DNA of 64,000 nt from an uncultured bacterium (GTDB taxonomy: Bacteria > Omnitrophota > Gorgyraeia > Zapsychrales > Aceulaceae). Location of the stretch: positions 139,764 to 203,763 of the forward strand of contig CALGLP010000013.1 of NCBI GenBank assembly GCA_937930175.1, written 5' to 3'. Below, one piece after another: positions 9,206-18,797 of the stretch. Within the stretch, counting starts at the first letter, position 1. Every line of letters starts with the position of its first letter. The notes below the pieces were generated by a model, which saw nothing but the letters and a program-made list of their open reading frames with translations, searched no databases and was not told the DNA's origin. The position numbers and the translations under genes were made by a program.

Positions 9206-9997
9206 ATGAGTCGATCAGGAAAAACATTAACGGTATTTATTATCGTTTTCTTTCTTTTGCTTTTGTCATTGACAGCGATTGTGACTTTTTTTCTTATCAA
9301 AGAGCGTGAAATACGTGCAGCAACAGAACAAAAACTTGTTGTTTCAGAGAAAAGCCGCGAGAAAATTCAAGGAGAGCTCAAGGCGGCTCAAGAGGAAATA
9401 ACTGTTTTAAATAATAAAATTAAAGATCAAGATGATAAAATTAGCGAGCTTTTAGATGATTTGGAGCTTGAAAAGGGTTTACGTGAAGAAATTAAGAATG
9501 AAAATATAACGCTTAAAACTCAAGTTGATGCTGTCAATGCTGAGCGAAAGAGTTTTCAGGATGAAGTGATTGGCCTGCGCGAGAAAAATACATTTTTAGA
9601 AAATGAATTATCGGCAGCCAAAGATTTAAGAGCGCAGATGGCGGCCAATTTTGAAGAGGCCCAGACAAAACTCAAGGATTTAGAAGCTCAGTTGTCCTCG
9701 GCAGCAGCTGTAAACTTGGATAAAATTGTTGTGACACCTGTTGAACCAGGTGTTGAAGTTTCTAATGGTGTCGGACAAATTCTTAAAGTAAATGTAGAAA
9801 ATAATTTTGTTATTCTTGATCTAGGATCTTTAAACGGGATGGTTGAAAATACCATTGTTGAGTTTTATCGCGATGAAACTTTGTTGGGCGAGGGGAAAGT
9901 GGTGCGTGTTCAGAATATTATGTCCGTGGCTGATCTTTTGCCTCCTCTGGTCGGGAGTAAACTTCGCGTCAGCGATCGAGTGATCATCAAGAAATGA
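9206..9997 (+). CDS. Uncharacterised membrane-anchored coiled-coil protein with a C-terminal beta-rich domain
   Basis: It has one N-terminal TM helix (TLTVFIIVFFLLLLSLTAIVTFFLI), then about 150 aa of heptad-like charged repeats (EEITVLNNKIKDQDDKISELLDDLELEKGLREEIKNENITLK...). The C-terminal ~90 aa is a small-barrel-like segment (GQILKVNVENNFVILDLGSLNGMVENTIVEFYRDETLLGEGKVVRVQNIMSVADLL). Its stop overlaps the aroA start (ATGA). Confidence 0.5.
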   Translation: MSRSGKTLTVFIIVFFLLLLSLTAIVTFFLIKEREIRAATEQKLVVSEKSREKIQGELKAAQEEITVLNNKIKDQDDKISELLDDLELEKGLREEIKNENITLKTQVDAVNAERKSFQDEVIGLREKNTFLENELSAAKDLRAQMAANFEEAQTKLKDLEAQLSSAAAVNLDKIVVTPVEPGVEVSNGVGQILKVNVENNFVILDLGSLNGMVENTIVEFYRDETLLGEGKVVRVQNIMSVADLLPPLVGSKLRVSDRVIIKK

Positions 9998-11286
9998 GGC
10001 TCGTTGTTTGTCCTACGCCTTCATTAAAAGGGATCCTGAGACTTCCTTCTTCCAAATCGTATTCTATTCGTTCTGTTCTGATTGCCGCTTGCGGAGGGCA
10101 ATCAATCATTTCCAATCTTTCACACTGTAAAGATGTTCAACAGGCTCTTAAGGCTGCTCGAGCCCTACGCGCGAAACTTTCTTTTTCTTCTGATCGGAAG
10201 ACCTTGACGATTTGTGCTAATCGTCAGTTAAGTCAGGATACGATCAAAGTTCATGTTGGAGAATCAGGAACAGTTTTACGTTTTCTTCTTCCTCTCTTGG
10301 CGCTAAGAGAATCTTCAAGTTTGGTTTTAGGTGAGGGAACATTGCGTTTTCGTCCGAATCGATTTTTAACCCAAACGTTACGTGCGATGGGAAAAGAAGT
10401 TCGTGGTAAGGGTTTCCAAGAAACGATTCCGATTCGATTAACCAAGGGTGCTTTACGGGGGGGCGATGTTACCATCGATGGGTCGTTAAGTTCTCAGTTT
10501 ATTTCAGCGCTGCTCATGGCTTGTCCCTTGCTTGAAGAAGATACACGCTTAAGGATTTCAGGAAAAACAATTGTTTCAAGACCGTATGTTTGTATGACAC
10601 TTGAGATTTTGAAAAGAGCTGGTATTGCGATTAGCCGGCGTTCGGATGCGCTTTACTTTATCAAGGGGCGTCAAGTTTTCAAAGGGTTAAAGTGCTTTAC
10701 TGTTCCCTCGGATTATGGGCTTGCTGCGTTTTTATTAGCTGCGGGAGCCTTGATTTCAGCGCGTCTTATTTTTAAAGGATCTTTTGATGACACGCTTGTT
10801 CAGGCAGACGGACAGATTCTTAAATTTTTAAAACAGATGGGTGTTAAGATTGAGAAGACAAAACAATCATTAAAGATCTATGGGCCGTATTCTTTAAGGG
10901 GTGGAAGCTTTTCTTTGAAGGATTGCCCCGATCTTGTTCCGATTATGGCGGTCTTAGGCCTTTTTGCCAAAGGCCCTGTACGGCTTTGTAATATTGCGCA
11001 CGCACGTGTTAAAGAATCAGATCGTATTAGCGATTTACATCGGGAGCTTGTCAAGGTGGGAGCCAAGATTCAGGAAAAGAAAGATGAGCTAATCATTTTT
11101 CCCCAAGCGGTTTATCGTGAAAATGTTGTTCTTGATCCCCATCATGATCATCGTTTGGCCATGGCCTTTACGGTTTTAGGCCTTAAAATCGGCGTGACGG
11201 TTAAAGATATGCAATGTGTTGCAAAATCTTATCCGGAATTTATCGAAGATGTTCGTACAATTGGTTTTAAGCTCCAAAAAGGATAA
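9994..11286 (+). CDS. aroA: 3-phosphoshikimate 1-carboxyvinyltransferase (EPSP synthase)
   Basis: It has LPSSKSYSIRSVLIAA, GESGTVLRFLLPL, DHRLAMAFTVLGL and a length of about 430 aa. Confidence 0.9.
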   Translation: MRLVVCPTPSLKGILRLPSSKSYSIRSVLIAACGGQSIISNLSHCKDVQQALKAARALRAKLSFSSDRKTLTICANRQLSQDTIKVHVGESGTVLRFLLPLLALRESSSLVLGEGTLRFRPNRFLTQTLRAMGKEVRGKGFQETIPIRLTKGALRGGDVTIDGSLSSQFISALLMACPLLEEDTRLRISGKTIVSRPYVCMTLEILKRAGIAISRRSDALYFIKGRQVFKGLKCFTVPSDYGLAAFLLAAGALISARLIFKGSFDDTLVQADGQILKFLKQMGVKIEKTKQSLKIYGPYSLRGGSFSLKDCPDLVPIMAVLGLFAKGPVRLCNIAHARVKESDRISDLHRELVKVGAKIQEKKDELIIFPQAVYRENVVLDPHHDHRLAMAFTVLGLKIGVTVKDMQCVAKSYPEFIEDVRTIGFKLQKG

Positions 11287-11298
11287 AAACCTTTAACA

Positions 11299-11327
11299 TT
11301 GACAGGTTTTTTGTTTTCCGATATGAT
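11299..11327 (+). promoter_or_regulatory. Sigma70-type promoter for mreBCD-mrdA-rodA
   Basis: TTGACA is followed by a 17-nt spacer and TATGAT, about 35 nt upstream of the mreB ATG. Confidence 0.5.
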
Positions 11328-11361
11328 TTCTATAAATATATTTACTACCTAGGAGCCAAAT

Positions 11362-12435
11362 ATGTGGGAAAAAATCTGGAAGACAGGAAAAAGCTTTTTT
11401 AATTATATTTTAGGTTTCTTTTCAAATGATATGGGCATCGATTTGGGAACCGCCACCACGCTTGTTTATATCAAGGGTGAGGGGGTTGTGCTTTGTGAGC
11501 CTTCGGTTGTGGCCTTGAATAAAGTTACTGGAGAAGTCAGGGCGGTTGGCGAGGAGGCCAAGCGTATGTTAGGTCGAACTCCGGGGCATCTTGTGGCGGT
11601 ACGTCCGATGAAAGATGGCGTTATTTCTAATTTTGAGATTACGGAAGCTATGATTCATTATTTTATTGTTAAGGCTCAGCATCGTCGTGTTCTCGTTCGT
11701 CCAGCCATGATGATTGCTATTCCTTCAGGTATTACGGAAGTTGAGAAAAGGGCTGTGAAGGATTCTGCCGAGCGCGCTGGCGCCCGGTCTGTTGATTTGA
11801 TTGAAGAGCCCAAGGCCGCGGCAATTGGTGCGGGCCTTCCAATCGAGGATCCTGCAGGAAACATGATTATTGATATCGGTGGAGGAACAACAGAATTTGC
11901 CGTGTTGTCTTTGGGGGGCATTGTTTGTGCTCAGTCGATTCGCATTGCCGGCGATGAGATGGACGATGCGATTGTTGATTATTTAAGTAAAAATTATAAT
12001 TTGATGATTGGCGAACGGACAGCGGAGGAAATTAAGATCCGTATTGGCTCAGCGTATCCTTTGGATGAAGAGCTCTCGATGGATGTTCGCGGTCGAGATC
12101 TTATTTCAGGATTACCAAAAACAATTAGTATTACATCCGTTGAGATTCGCGAAGCTCTTCAGGGGCCTGTTCGAGCCATCGTGGAAGCGACGAAAACTAC
12201 TCTTGAGCGCACACCTCCTGAATTGGCATCGGATTTGATTGATCGCGGTATTGTCATGGCTGGAGGCGGAGCGATGCTCAGAGGCCTTGATAAACTCATT
12301 TCAGAAGAAACAGGACTTCCGGTGCATATTGCTGACGATCCCCTGACAGCGGTTGTTTTAGGCACGGGACAGGCATTAAATTTGTCAGCGCGAGATCGAC
12401 GCGGCCTGATCATTCCTGCTCGTTTTGAGTATTAA
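11362..12435 (+). CDS. mreB: Rod shape-determining actin homologue MreB
   Basis: It has the actin-fold phosphate 1 motif [12 protein letters not shown] and phosphate 2 [18 protein letters not shown], with a typical length (357 aa). Confidence 0.95.
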   Translation: MWEKIWKTGKSFFNYILGFFSNDMGIDLGTATTLVYIKGEGVVLCEPSVVALNKVTGEVRAVGEEAKRMLGRTPGHLVAVRPMKDGVISNFEITEAMIHYFIVKAQHRRVLVRPAMMIAIPSGITEVEKRAVKDSAERAGARSVDLIEEPKAAAIGAGLPIEDPAGNMIIDIGGGTTEFAVLSLGGIVCAQSIRIAGDEMDDAIVDYLSKNYNLMIGERTAEEIKIRIGSAYPLDEELSMDVRGRDLISGLPKTISITSVEIREALQGPVRAIVEATKTTLERTPPELASDLIDRGIVMAGGGAMLRGLDKLISEETGLPVHIADDPLTAVVLGTGQALNLSARDRRGLIIPARFEY

Positions 12436-12453
12436 TCGCGAGAGTGAGTTGAT

Positions 12454-13242
12454 GTGTTTAGAAAATGGAAGAAAACTTTAGCCTACCTGTTGATCGCTGT
12501 TGTTCCGTTTGTTTTTCTCTTTTTTAATCAAAATGCGTTTGTCCATTTTAAGGCTGAGATTGTTGCTTCAAGCTCCTGGCCTGTTCAAGCCATGCTTTTT
12601 CCTTTTCGTGAATTAAAGAAGATTGTTTTTTATCATCAAACGTATGCGGAGTATGAAAAGCTAAAGAAGGAAATCAATCCTTTAAAACAGCGTCTTTTTG
12701 ATCAAGAACAAATGATCAAAGAAAATGCTCGTCTTGGTGACCTTCTTGATTTTAAGAAAAGATCTTCTTTTGCTTCAGTTGCTGCAAAGGTTATTATGCG
12801 GGATCCAACCAATTGGGCGGCTGTGATTATTATTGACAAAGGAGCAAGGCAGGGGATCAAGCAAGGGATGCCGGTTATTACACCTTTAGGTGTTGTGGGA
12901 AAAATAGCGGAAGCTGGAGAACGGCTTTCTAAGGTTACTTTGTTGACTGATCCTCGTTTTAGCGTTGCAGCTGTGATTGAGCGTACGCGGGAGCAAGGAT
13001 TGGCGTCGGGAACGTTGCGTGGAAGTTGTCGCATGCAATATCTTCCGGTGACAGCCGATGTTGAAGTCGGGGATAACGTCCTTACTTCAAGCATCAGTTC
13101 TTTTTTTCCTGAAAGCTTGCGCGTGGGCAGGATCGTGAGCATTCAAGAAAGTTTTACGAGTCCAACGTTTGAATGCGTGATCAAGCCTGCGGTGCCTCTT
13201 TCACGGATTGAAGAAGTTCTTGTTGTTTTAAGCCATGAATAA
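12454..13242 (+). CDS. mreC: Rod shape-determining protein MreC
   Basis: It has an N-terminal TM segment, a coiled coil, and then a beta-barrel region (PVITPLGVVGKIAEAG...VTLLTDP...). It sits between mreB and mreD. Confidence 0.75.
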   Translation: MFRKWKKTLAYLLIAVVPFVFLFFNQNAFVHFKAEIVASSSWPVQAMLFPFRELKKIVFYHQTYAEYEKLKKEINPLKQRLFDQEQMIKENARLGDLLDFKKRSSFASVAAKVIMRDPTNWAAVIIIDKGARQGIKQGMPVITPLGVVGKIAEAGERLSKVTLLTDPRFSVAAVIERTREQGLASGTLRGSCRMQYLPVTADVEVGDNVLTSSISSFFPESLRVGRIVSIQESFTSPTFECVIKPAVPLSRIEEVLVVLSHE

Positions 13243-13270
13243 CGGTAGCGTCCGTTAGCAATTCTCTACG

Positions 13271-13756
13271 ATGAAAAAGATTCTCTGGGTCCTTTCAGGT
13301 TGCATCCTTTTGTTTCTTGCTGAAGCGGTTATTGCGAATGTGTTTGGACATTGGCTTAAGCCGAACTTCTTGATTCTTTTTATTGTTTTTGTGAATCTTT
13401 ATTTTGGTGTTCGCCAAGGCCTTTTGGCGGCGGTTGTCGCAGGGCTTTTGAAAGATAGCTTTGCTGTTGGTATTTTTGGTGCGCATATTTTTGCTTTTAT
13501 TTTGTCATCCTATCTTGTGATCCTGATTAAAAAATATGTTTTTCGTTTTGAAGCTTTGTGGTTGAAGTTAGCCTTGGCTTTTACGTTGAGCTTGCTTAAC
13601 GTTCTTATTCTTTATTTGATCCAGGTTCTTTTTACGGAAGTTCATTTTAATGATGTGCTCTGGGTCGTTGCTCTTCCTGAATTGACCTGGACTACGGCTA
13701 TTGGTCCTTTTGCCTTTATCCATTTTAAAAAATGCGCCTTAAAATTCTTAAAATAA
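13271..13756 (+). CDS. mreD: Rod shape-determining protein MreD
   Basis: It is about 160 aa, polytopic and hydrophobic, and lies immediately after mreC and before mrdA. Confidence 0.6.
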   Translation: MKKILWVLSGCILLFLAEAVIANVFGHWLKPNFLILFIVFVNLYFGVRQGLLAAVVAGLLKDSFAVGIFGAHIFAFILSSYLVILIKKYVFRFEALWLKLALAFTLSLLNVLILYLIQVLFTEVHFNDVLWVVALPELTWTTAIGPFAFIHFKKCALKFLK

Positions 13757-15438
13757 TTATTATCTGTTGTTTTGTCATCCTTGTCCTTGGGCTGGGGCAT
13801 CTTCAGATCGTGCGTGGGTCTTTTTATGAAAGCTTGGGCATCCATAATTGTATTCGTGTCGTTCCCGTGGAGCCTAATCGTGGGCGGATTTTTGATCGCA
13901 ATGGGATTGTCTTAGCTGATACCCAAGTTTCTTTTGATGTCATGGTTGTTCCTCAGGAGATCAAGGATCAGGAGAAGATATTTTCTTTTCTCTCAAAGAC
14001 CTTAGGAGTTGAGAAAAAAAAGCTCTTGGGTCTTTATCAAAAAAGAAAGCTTGCCTCTTTTGCTCCGGTGACCATCGCGGAAGATATCGCTCGTGACCAA
14101 GCGATTGTTTTAGAAGAAAATAAGTTTCGTTATTCAGGTCTTTTGGTTGAAGTTCGTTCCAAGCGTCGTTACCCTTGGGGGGAAATTGGCGCGCATGTTT
14201 TAGGGTACGTGGGTCGCGTGAGTCCTGAGCGAGCTGAACAATTTAAGAATTATGGATACACGATCGAGGGTATGACGGGATATTCAGGGCTTGAAGAATA
14301 TTATGACTCTTTTTTGCGCGGTAAAGAGGGCGGGGTTCAGATTGAGGTGAACAATCGTGGCCAACAGGTGCGTCTTTTGGGTATGAAAGTGGCCGCACCG
14401 GGACAAGACATCACGACAACTTTGGATCTGCGGATTCAACAGGTTGCGCAAAATTTATTGGCTGGTGAACGAGGGGTTGTGGTGGTTATGAATTTGGATA
14501 GTGGGGAAATCTTGGGGATGGTGAGCGCGCCGAGTTTTGACCCAAATGCTTTTTTAAGTAGCGCGTCTTCTAAGCAAAGGGCATCGTATTTTACCAATGT
14601 CGATGCGGTCTTGCTTAATCGCGCCATTCGCGGGCAATATCCTCCTGGATCTGTTTTTAAGATTCCGATCGCGATCGCGGCCTTGCATACGAAGAAGCTC
14701 ACCCCGCGGACATCCTTTTTGTGTAATGGTTTTTATACTTTGGGTAATCGAGTTTTTCGTTGTTCACATGCTCACGGGGTGCAGGATTTTACTCAGGCTA
14801 TTGCGCATTCGTGTAATGTCTATTTTTTTCATACCGGGCTCATTTTAGGACCAAAGATCATTGAGGAGTATGCGCGTCTTTTTGGCCTTGGAGCTTTGAC
14901 GAATATTGATTTGCCTTATGAAGAGAAAGGGAATATTCCCCGCTCAGATCTGTTTGCCAAAAGGAGGTGGAGCAAAGGAGATACGCTTAATTTCTCGATT
15001 GGCCAAGGAGATCTTCTTGTTACGCCAATTCAGCTTTTGAAGATGATGGCCGTAGTTGCTCGCGATGGAAAAGATATCCTGCCTTCGGTGATTCAATTCA
15101 TTGGTCCTAGCCCTGTTCGTCGGGAAGCAACCTTGCGGACCCTTGATATTCCTAAGATGTATTTTGATAAAGTCAAGGTTGGGATGCGGGGTGCTGTTGC
15201 CGATGAAGCAGGAACGGCCCGTGTTTTATTGAGGGACGATGTGGTTGTTTTTGGGAAAACAGGGACAGCGCAGTCCTCGGGTAACAAGCCTCATCATGCG
15301 TGGTTTGTGGGTTTTTGTCCGCAAGCAAAGACAAGGATTGTTTTTTGTGTTTTCCTGGAAAATGGTGGCTCGAGCTACAATGCGTGCCGCGTGGCCGCAG
15401 ACCTTTTAAAAGAAATGAAATTGCAGGATATTCTCTAA
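13732..15438 (+). CDS. mrdA: Penicillin-binding protein 2 (elongasome transpeptidase)
   Basis: It has an N-terminal TM segment, the SxxK active site (GSVFKIPIAIAAL), SxN and KTG(T) (FGKTGTAQ). It lies in the mreBCD-rodA context. Confidence 0.85.
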   Translation: MRLKILKIIIICCFVILVLGLGHLQIVRGSFYESLGIHNCIRVVPVEPNRGRIFDRNGIVLADTQVSFDVMVVPQEIKDQEKIFSFLSKTLGVEKKKLLGLYQKRKLASFAPVTIAEDIARDQAIVLEENKFRYSGLLVEVRSKRRYPWGEIGAHVLGYVGRVSPERAEQFKNYGYTIEGMTGYSGLEEYYDSFLRGKEGGVQIEVNNRGQQVRLLGMKVAAPGQDITTTLDLRIQQVAQNLLAGERGVVVVMNLDSGEILGMVSAPSFDPNAFLSSASSKQRASYFTNVDAVLLNRAIRGQYPPGSVFKIPIAIAALHTKKLTPRTSFLCNGFYTLGNRVFRCSHAHGVQDFTQAIAHSCNVYFFHTGLILGPKIIEEYARLFGLGALTNIDLPYEEKGNIPRSDLFAKRRWSKGDTLNFSIGQGDLLVTPIQLLKMMAVVARDGKDILPSVIQFIGPSPVRREATLRTLDIPKMYFDKVKVGMRGAVADEAGTARVLLRDDVVVFGKTGTAQSSGNKPHHAWFVGFCPQAKTRIVFCVFLENGGSSYNACRVAADLLKEMKLQDIL

Positions 15439-15444
15439 AAGCCT

Positions 15445-16551
15445 ATGTTTTACAATTTAAAGAAAGTTATTTGGACTACGATGATCGCGATTATTGTTTT
15501 TGGGCTGATCATTCTTTATAGTGCCTCATCGCAAAGTACACGCGTTAACCATCAGGTTTTTTATAATCAATTGTTATTTTCTGGGTTGGGACTTTTAGCT
15601 ATTTTTTTCCTTAGTCGCGTGGATTATCGCAAGTATTATGATCTCGCGTATGTGTTTTATGGGATTAATATTTTCTTGCTTATCGGGATCTTTCTTTTTG
15701 GATATTATGCCCTGGGGGCTAAGCGCTGGATTGAATTCTTTGGGTTCAATTTCCAGCCATCAGAATTTATGAAGTTTTCTTTGATCTTAGCGCTTGCGCG
15801 ATATTTTGCAGATCACAAGCCAAGGGTTTCTGCTCATCGTTCATGGGCGAGACCCGCATTCTTTCCAGAATTTGGCATTCCTCTTTTAATGACGCTGGTT
15901 CCCACACTTCTCATTTTTAAGCAACCTGATTTAGGGACAGCGCTTCTTATTCTTGGTATTTTTTTTGTTGTTGTTTTTGTTGCCGGTGCATCGGTCAAGT
16001 ACCTCGCGAGTTTTTTGGGGATTTGCGTTCTGGCTACACCGGTTTTGTGGCATATGATGAAATCTTATCAAAAAGATCGGCTGATGGTTTTCTTGAATCC
16101 TAACATTGATCCCCTTGGGGCTGGGTATACGATTATTCAGTCGAAGATCGCTATTGGATCAGGTCAATTCTTCGGCAAGGGATGGCTTGCCGGAACGCAG
16201 AATCAGCTTAATTTTTTGCCTGAGCGACATACAGATTTTATCTTTTCTGTGATTGGCGAAGAATGGGGTTTTATGGGGGGGATGGCTCTTTTAGCGTGTT
16301 TTTGTCTTTTAATTTTTGCGAGTCTTCGCGTTGTGGAACAAGCCAAAGACACCTTTGGGTATTTAGCCGGAGTTGGATTTGTTACCATTTTTGCCTTGCA
16401 AGTAGTTATTAATATTGGAATGGTTTTAGGGCTTTGTCCGATTGTGGGTATTACGCTTCCCTTGATAAGCTATGGAAGGTCTTCATTTCTCGTTTTTGTT
16501 TTTATGTTTGGTTTCTTGATCAACGTGGGTAAAAAGAACAAACTCCTTTAA
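15445..16551 (+). CDS. rodA: SEDS-family peptidoglycan glycosyltransferase RodA
   Basis: It is a polytopic FtsW/RodA/SpoVE-family protein (DLGTALLILG..., GSGQFFGKGWLAGTQNQLNFLPERHTDFIFSVIGEEWGF). It follows mrdA directly. Confidence 0.85.
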   Translation: MFYNLKKVIWTTMIAIIVFGLIILYSASSQSTRVNHQVFYNQLLFSGLGLLAIFFLSRVDYRKYYDLAYVFYGINIFLLIGIFLFGYYALGAKRWIEFFGFNFQPSEFMKFSLILALARYFADHKPRVSAHRSWARPAFFPEFGIPLLMTLVPTLLIFKQPDLGTALLILGIFFVVVFVAGASVKYLASFLGICVLATPVLWHMMKSYQKDRLMVFLNPNIDPLGAGYTIIQSKIAIGSGQFFGKGWLAGTQNQLNFLPERHTDFIFSVIGEEWGFMGGMALLACFCLLIFASLRVVEQAKDTFGYLAGVGFVTIFALQVVINIGMVLGLCPIVGITLPLISYGRSSFLVFVFMFGFLINVGKKNKLL

Positions 16552-16612
16552 TTTATTTTTTTTAAGGTTTTTACGTATATTTTATTTTTCGTAATATAAT
16601 AGTATTAATATT

Positions 16613-17056
16613 ATGACTGGCTATAAACGTGTTAATAAAAAGTTTATCGGGGATCTTCTTCTTGAGCGCGGTGTTATTAATAAGCCACAGCTTGAAGAAG
16701 CGATTGTCTTTCAGAAAGAAAAGGGTGGACTCTTAGGAGAGGCGTTGTTACAGTTAGGCTATGCCTCCGAGGAGGATATTGCCCAGGCGCTTACCTCGCA
16801 GTATGGTTTTCCTTATCTTCCTCTTGCCAACTATGAAATTGAACAAGATGTGGTTGCTGCTGTTTCTGCGGAGATGTGCAGGAAATTTTGTTTAATTCCC
16901 ATTGATAAAATCGGCGCCAGCCTCACCTTGGCCATGGCCAATCCTCTGAATACCGAAGCGACGGAGGAAGTCGAAGCGGCGAGCCAATGTTCCGTCCAAA
17001 CCTTTGTTAGTACGGCAACGGATATACGTAACGCGATCAAAAAGCATTACGGATAA
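16613..17056 (+). CDS. Stand-alone MshEN/GspE-N (T2SSE_N) domain protein; candidate c-di-GMP receptor
   Basis: It is 147 aa with no ATPase domain. It has two tandem ~24-aa motifs matching the MshEN c-di-GMP-binding consensus: FIGDLLLERGVINKPQLEEAIVFQ and LLGEALLQLGYASEEDIAQALTSQ. These are followed by the rest of a GspE-N fold (FPYLPLANYEIEQDVVAAVSAEMCRKFCLIPID...LTLAMANPLN). Confidence 0.7.
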   Translation: MTGYKRVNKKFIGDLLLERGVINKPQLEEAIVFQKEKGGLLGEALLQLGYASEEDIAQALTSQYGFPYLPLANYEIEQDVVAAVSAEMCRKFCLIPIDKIGASLTLAMANPLNTEATEEVEAASQCSVQTFVSTATDIRNAIKKHYG

Positions 17057-17063
17057 AGGAACC

Positions 17064-18794
17064 ATGTTTTCACCAACAGATTATTTAAAGAAGATATTGA
17101 TCGATGCGAATATCGTTGATCAAGCGATCCTTGATCAGCTGGTCATGCATGCGGATGCGGATGATGAGCTTTTGACAGATCAGCTGATTGCCCAGGGCCT
17201 TGTGACCGAAGACAGGCTTGTTGCGCTCCTCATCGAAAAATTAGGCACGGAGTCTATCGATGTTTCTGAGATCAAAATTGAAGGGAAAGTTTTACAGACG
17301 ATTCCTAAGCCGATTGTGACCAATTATCAAGTTATGCCGATTGCTCGTTTAGGCCATACTTTAATCTTGGCCATGCAGAATCCTTTTGATATTTTAACGA
17401 TTGATCATGTCAATGCCTTAACAGGTTTCCGCGTTCATCCGGTTTTGTCTTCGCTTAAGGATATTGAGAAAGCGATTAGCCTTTTTTATTCTGAAGACGC
17501 GAATGTGGCTTTTGAAGAAATTATGAAAGATATTTCTGACCTTGAAGAAGTTGAGCTTGTTAAAGAAAGTCATAAGTCAGGAGAAAAAGAGCGCATTGAA
17601 AATCTTTTTCAGGATGCCCCTACCATTCGGCTTACCGATGCCATCATCAAGCAGGGTGTCGCGGCCAAAGCCAGTGATATTTTTATTGAACCATTACAAA
17701 AAGCGTTACGTATCCGTTATCGCGTCGATGGCATTATACGTGAAGTTGATCGGATGGCTAAGGGGTTACATTTTCCTGTTGTGTCGCGCATTAAAATTAT
17801 GTCGAATCTTGATATCGCGGAACATCGTCTTCCACAAGATGGACGTTTTAAGATTGTCACGGATCGCAAGAGGGAAGTTGATTTTCGTGTTAGCGTTCTT
17901 CCGACGGCTTTTGGAGAAAAGATCGTGTTGCGTATCCTTGATAAAAATGCCGCCATGCTTGATCTGACTAGGCTTGGTTTTGATGGAAAAGCCTTGGATA
18001 TTTTAAAAGAGTGCGCGCTTAAGCCCCATGGGATGATCTTAACCTGCGGGCCTACCGGAAGCGGGAAAACGACGACGCTTTATTCTATTTTAAAATTTAT
18101 TGATTCGCCGGAAAAGAATATTATTACTGTTGAGGATCCCGTGGAATATCAGATGAAGGGGATCAATCAGGTTAATATTCGGCCCCAGGTGAATTTAAGT
18201 TTTGCGACAGCTTTGCGCGCAATCTTACGTCAAGATCCCGATGTGATTATGGTTGGAGAAATTCGTGATCATGAAACATTAGATGTGGCGGTCAAAGCGG
18301 CCTTGACAGGACATTTGGTGTTGAGTTCTTTGCATACCACAACGTCGGCAGGCGCGATTGTGCGTATGATGAATATGGGTGTTGAGCCTTTTTTAATTTG
18401 TTCTTCTGTTTTGGTTGTTATTGCGCAACGGTTGTTACGTAAACTGTGTGATAAATGCAAGGAACCCTATGCGATGCCTGATTATGTAGCTAAGAAGGTT
18501 GGGCTCGTTAATCTTCATCTTGAAAGGCCAGGGACCTTTTTTAAACCCAGGGGATGTAAGCATTGTTTTGATCTAGGCTATCGAGGTCGTGTTGGGATTA
18601 CGGAGATCATGGTTTTGTCTCCTTTGGTTAAAAAGCTTGTTTTGGAGCGGGCTGGGGAATACAGGATCAAAGAGGCGGCGCGTACTGAGGGCCTCTTGAC
18701 GATGCGGGAGGATGCGCTTAAAAAGGCAGCAGTAGGTCTAACATCCATTGAAGAAGTTGTTAGGATTACTTCATCCGACGAAGAGGCGGTCTAA
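17064..18794 (+). CDS. pilB: Type IV pilus assembly ATPase PilB/GspE family, paralogue 1
   Basis: It has N-terminal GspE-N domains, Walker A (GPTGSGKTTT), the Asp box, Walker B (DVIMVGEIRD), the His box and the tetracysteine Zn motif (CDKCK...CKHCF). A good RBS (AAAGGA) lies before the ATG at 17064. Confidence 0.85.
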   Translation: MFSPTDYLKKILIDANIVDQAILDQLVMHADADDELLTDQLIAQGLVTEDRLVALLIEKLGTESIDVSEIKIEGKVLQTIPKPIVTNYQVMPIARLGHTLILAMQNPFDILTIDHVNALTGFRVHPVLSSLKDIEKAISLFYSEDANVAFEEIMKDISDLEEVELVKESHKSGEKERIENLFQDAPTIRLTDAIIKQGVAAKASDIFIEPLQKALRIRYRVDGIIREVDRMAKGLHFPVVSRIKIMSNLDIAEHRLPQDGRFKIVTDRKREVDFRVSVLPTAFGEKIVLRILDKNAAMLDLTRLGFDGKALDILKECALKPHGMILTCGPTGSGKTTTLYSILKFIDSPEKNIITVEDPVEYQMKGINQVNIRPQVNLSFATALRAILRQDPDVIMVGEIRDHETLDVAVKAALTGHLVLSSLHTTTSAGAIVRMMNMGVEPFLICSSVLVVIAQRLLRKLCDKCKEPYAMPDYVAKKVGLVNLHLERPGTFFKPRGCKHCFDLGYRGRVGITEIMVLSPLVKKLVLERAGEYRIKEAARTEGLLTMREDALKKAAVGLTSIEEVVRITSSDEEAV

Positions 18795-18797
18795 ACC

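Noticed and set aside
11287-11312. Weak hairpin AAACCT...AGGTTT followed by TTTTTTG after aroA
   Set aside because: The stem is short and AT-rich, and it overlaps the -35 of the mreB promoter. It is at best a weak terminator, so it is not called as a feature.
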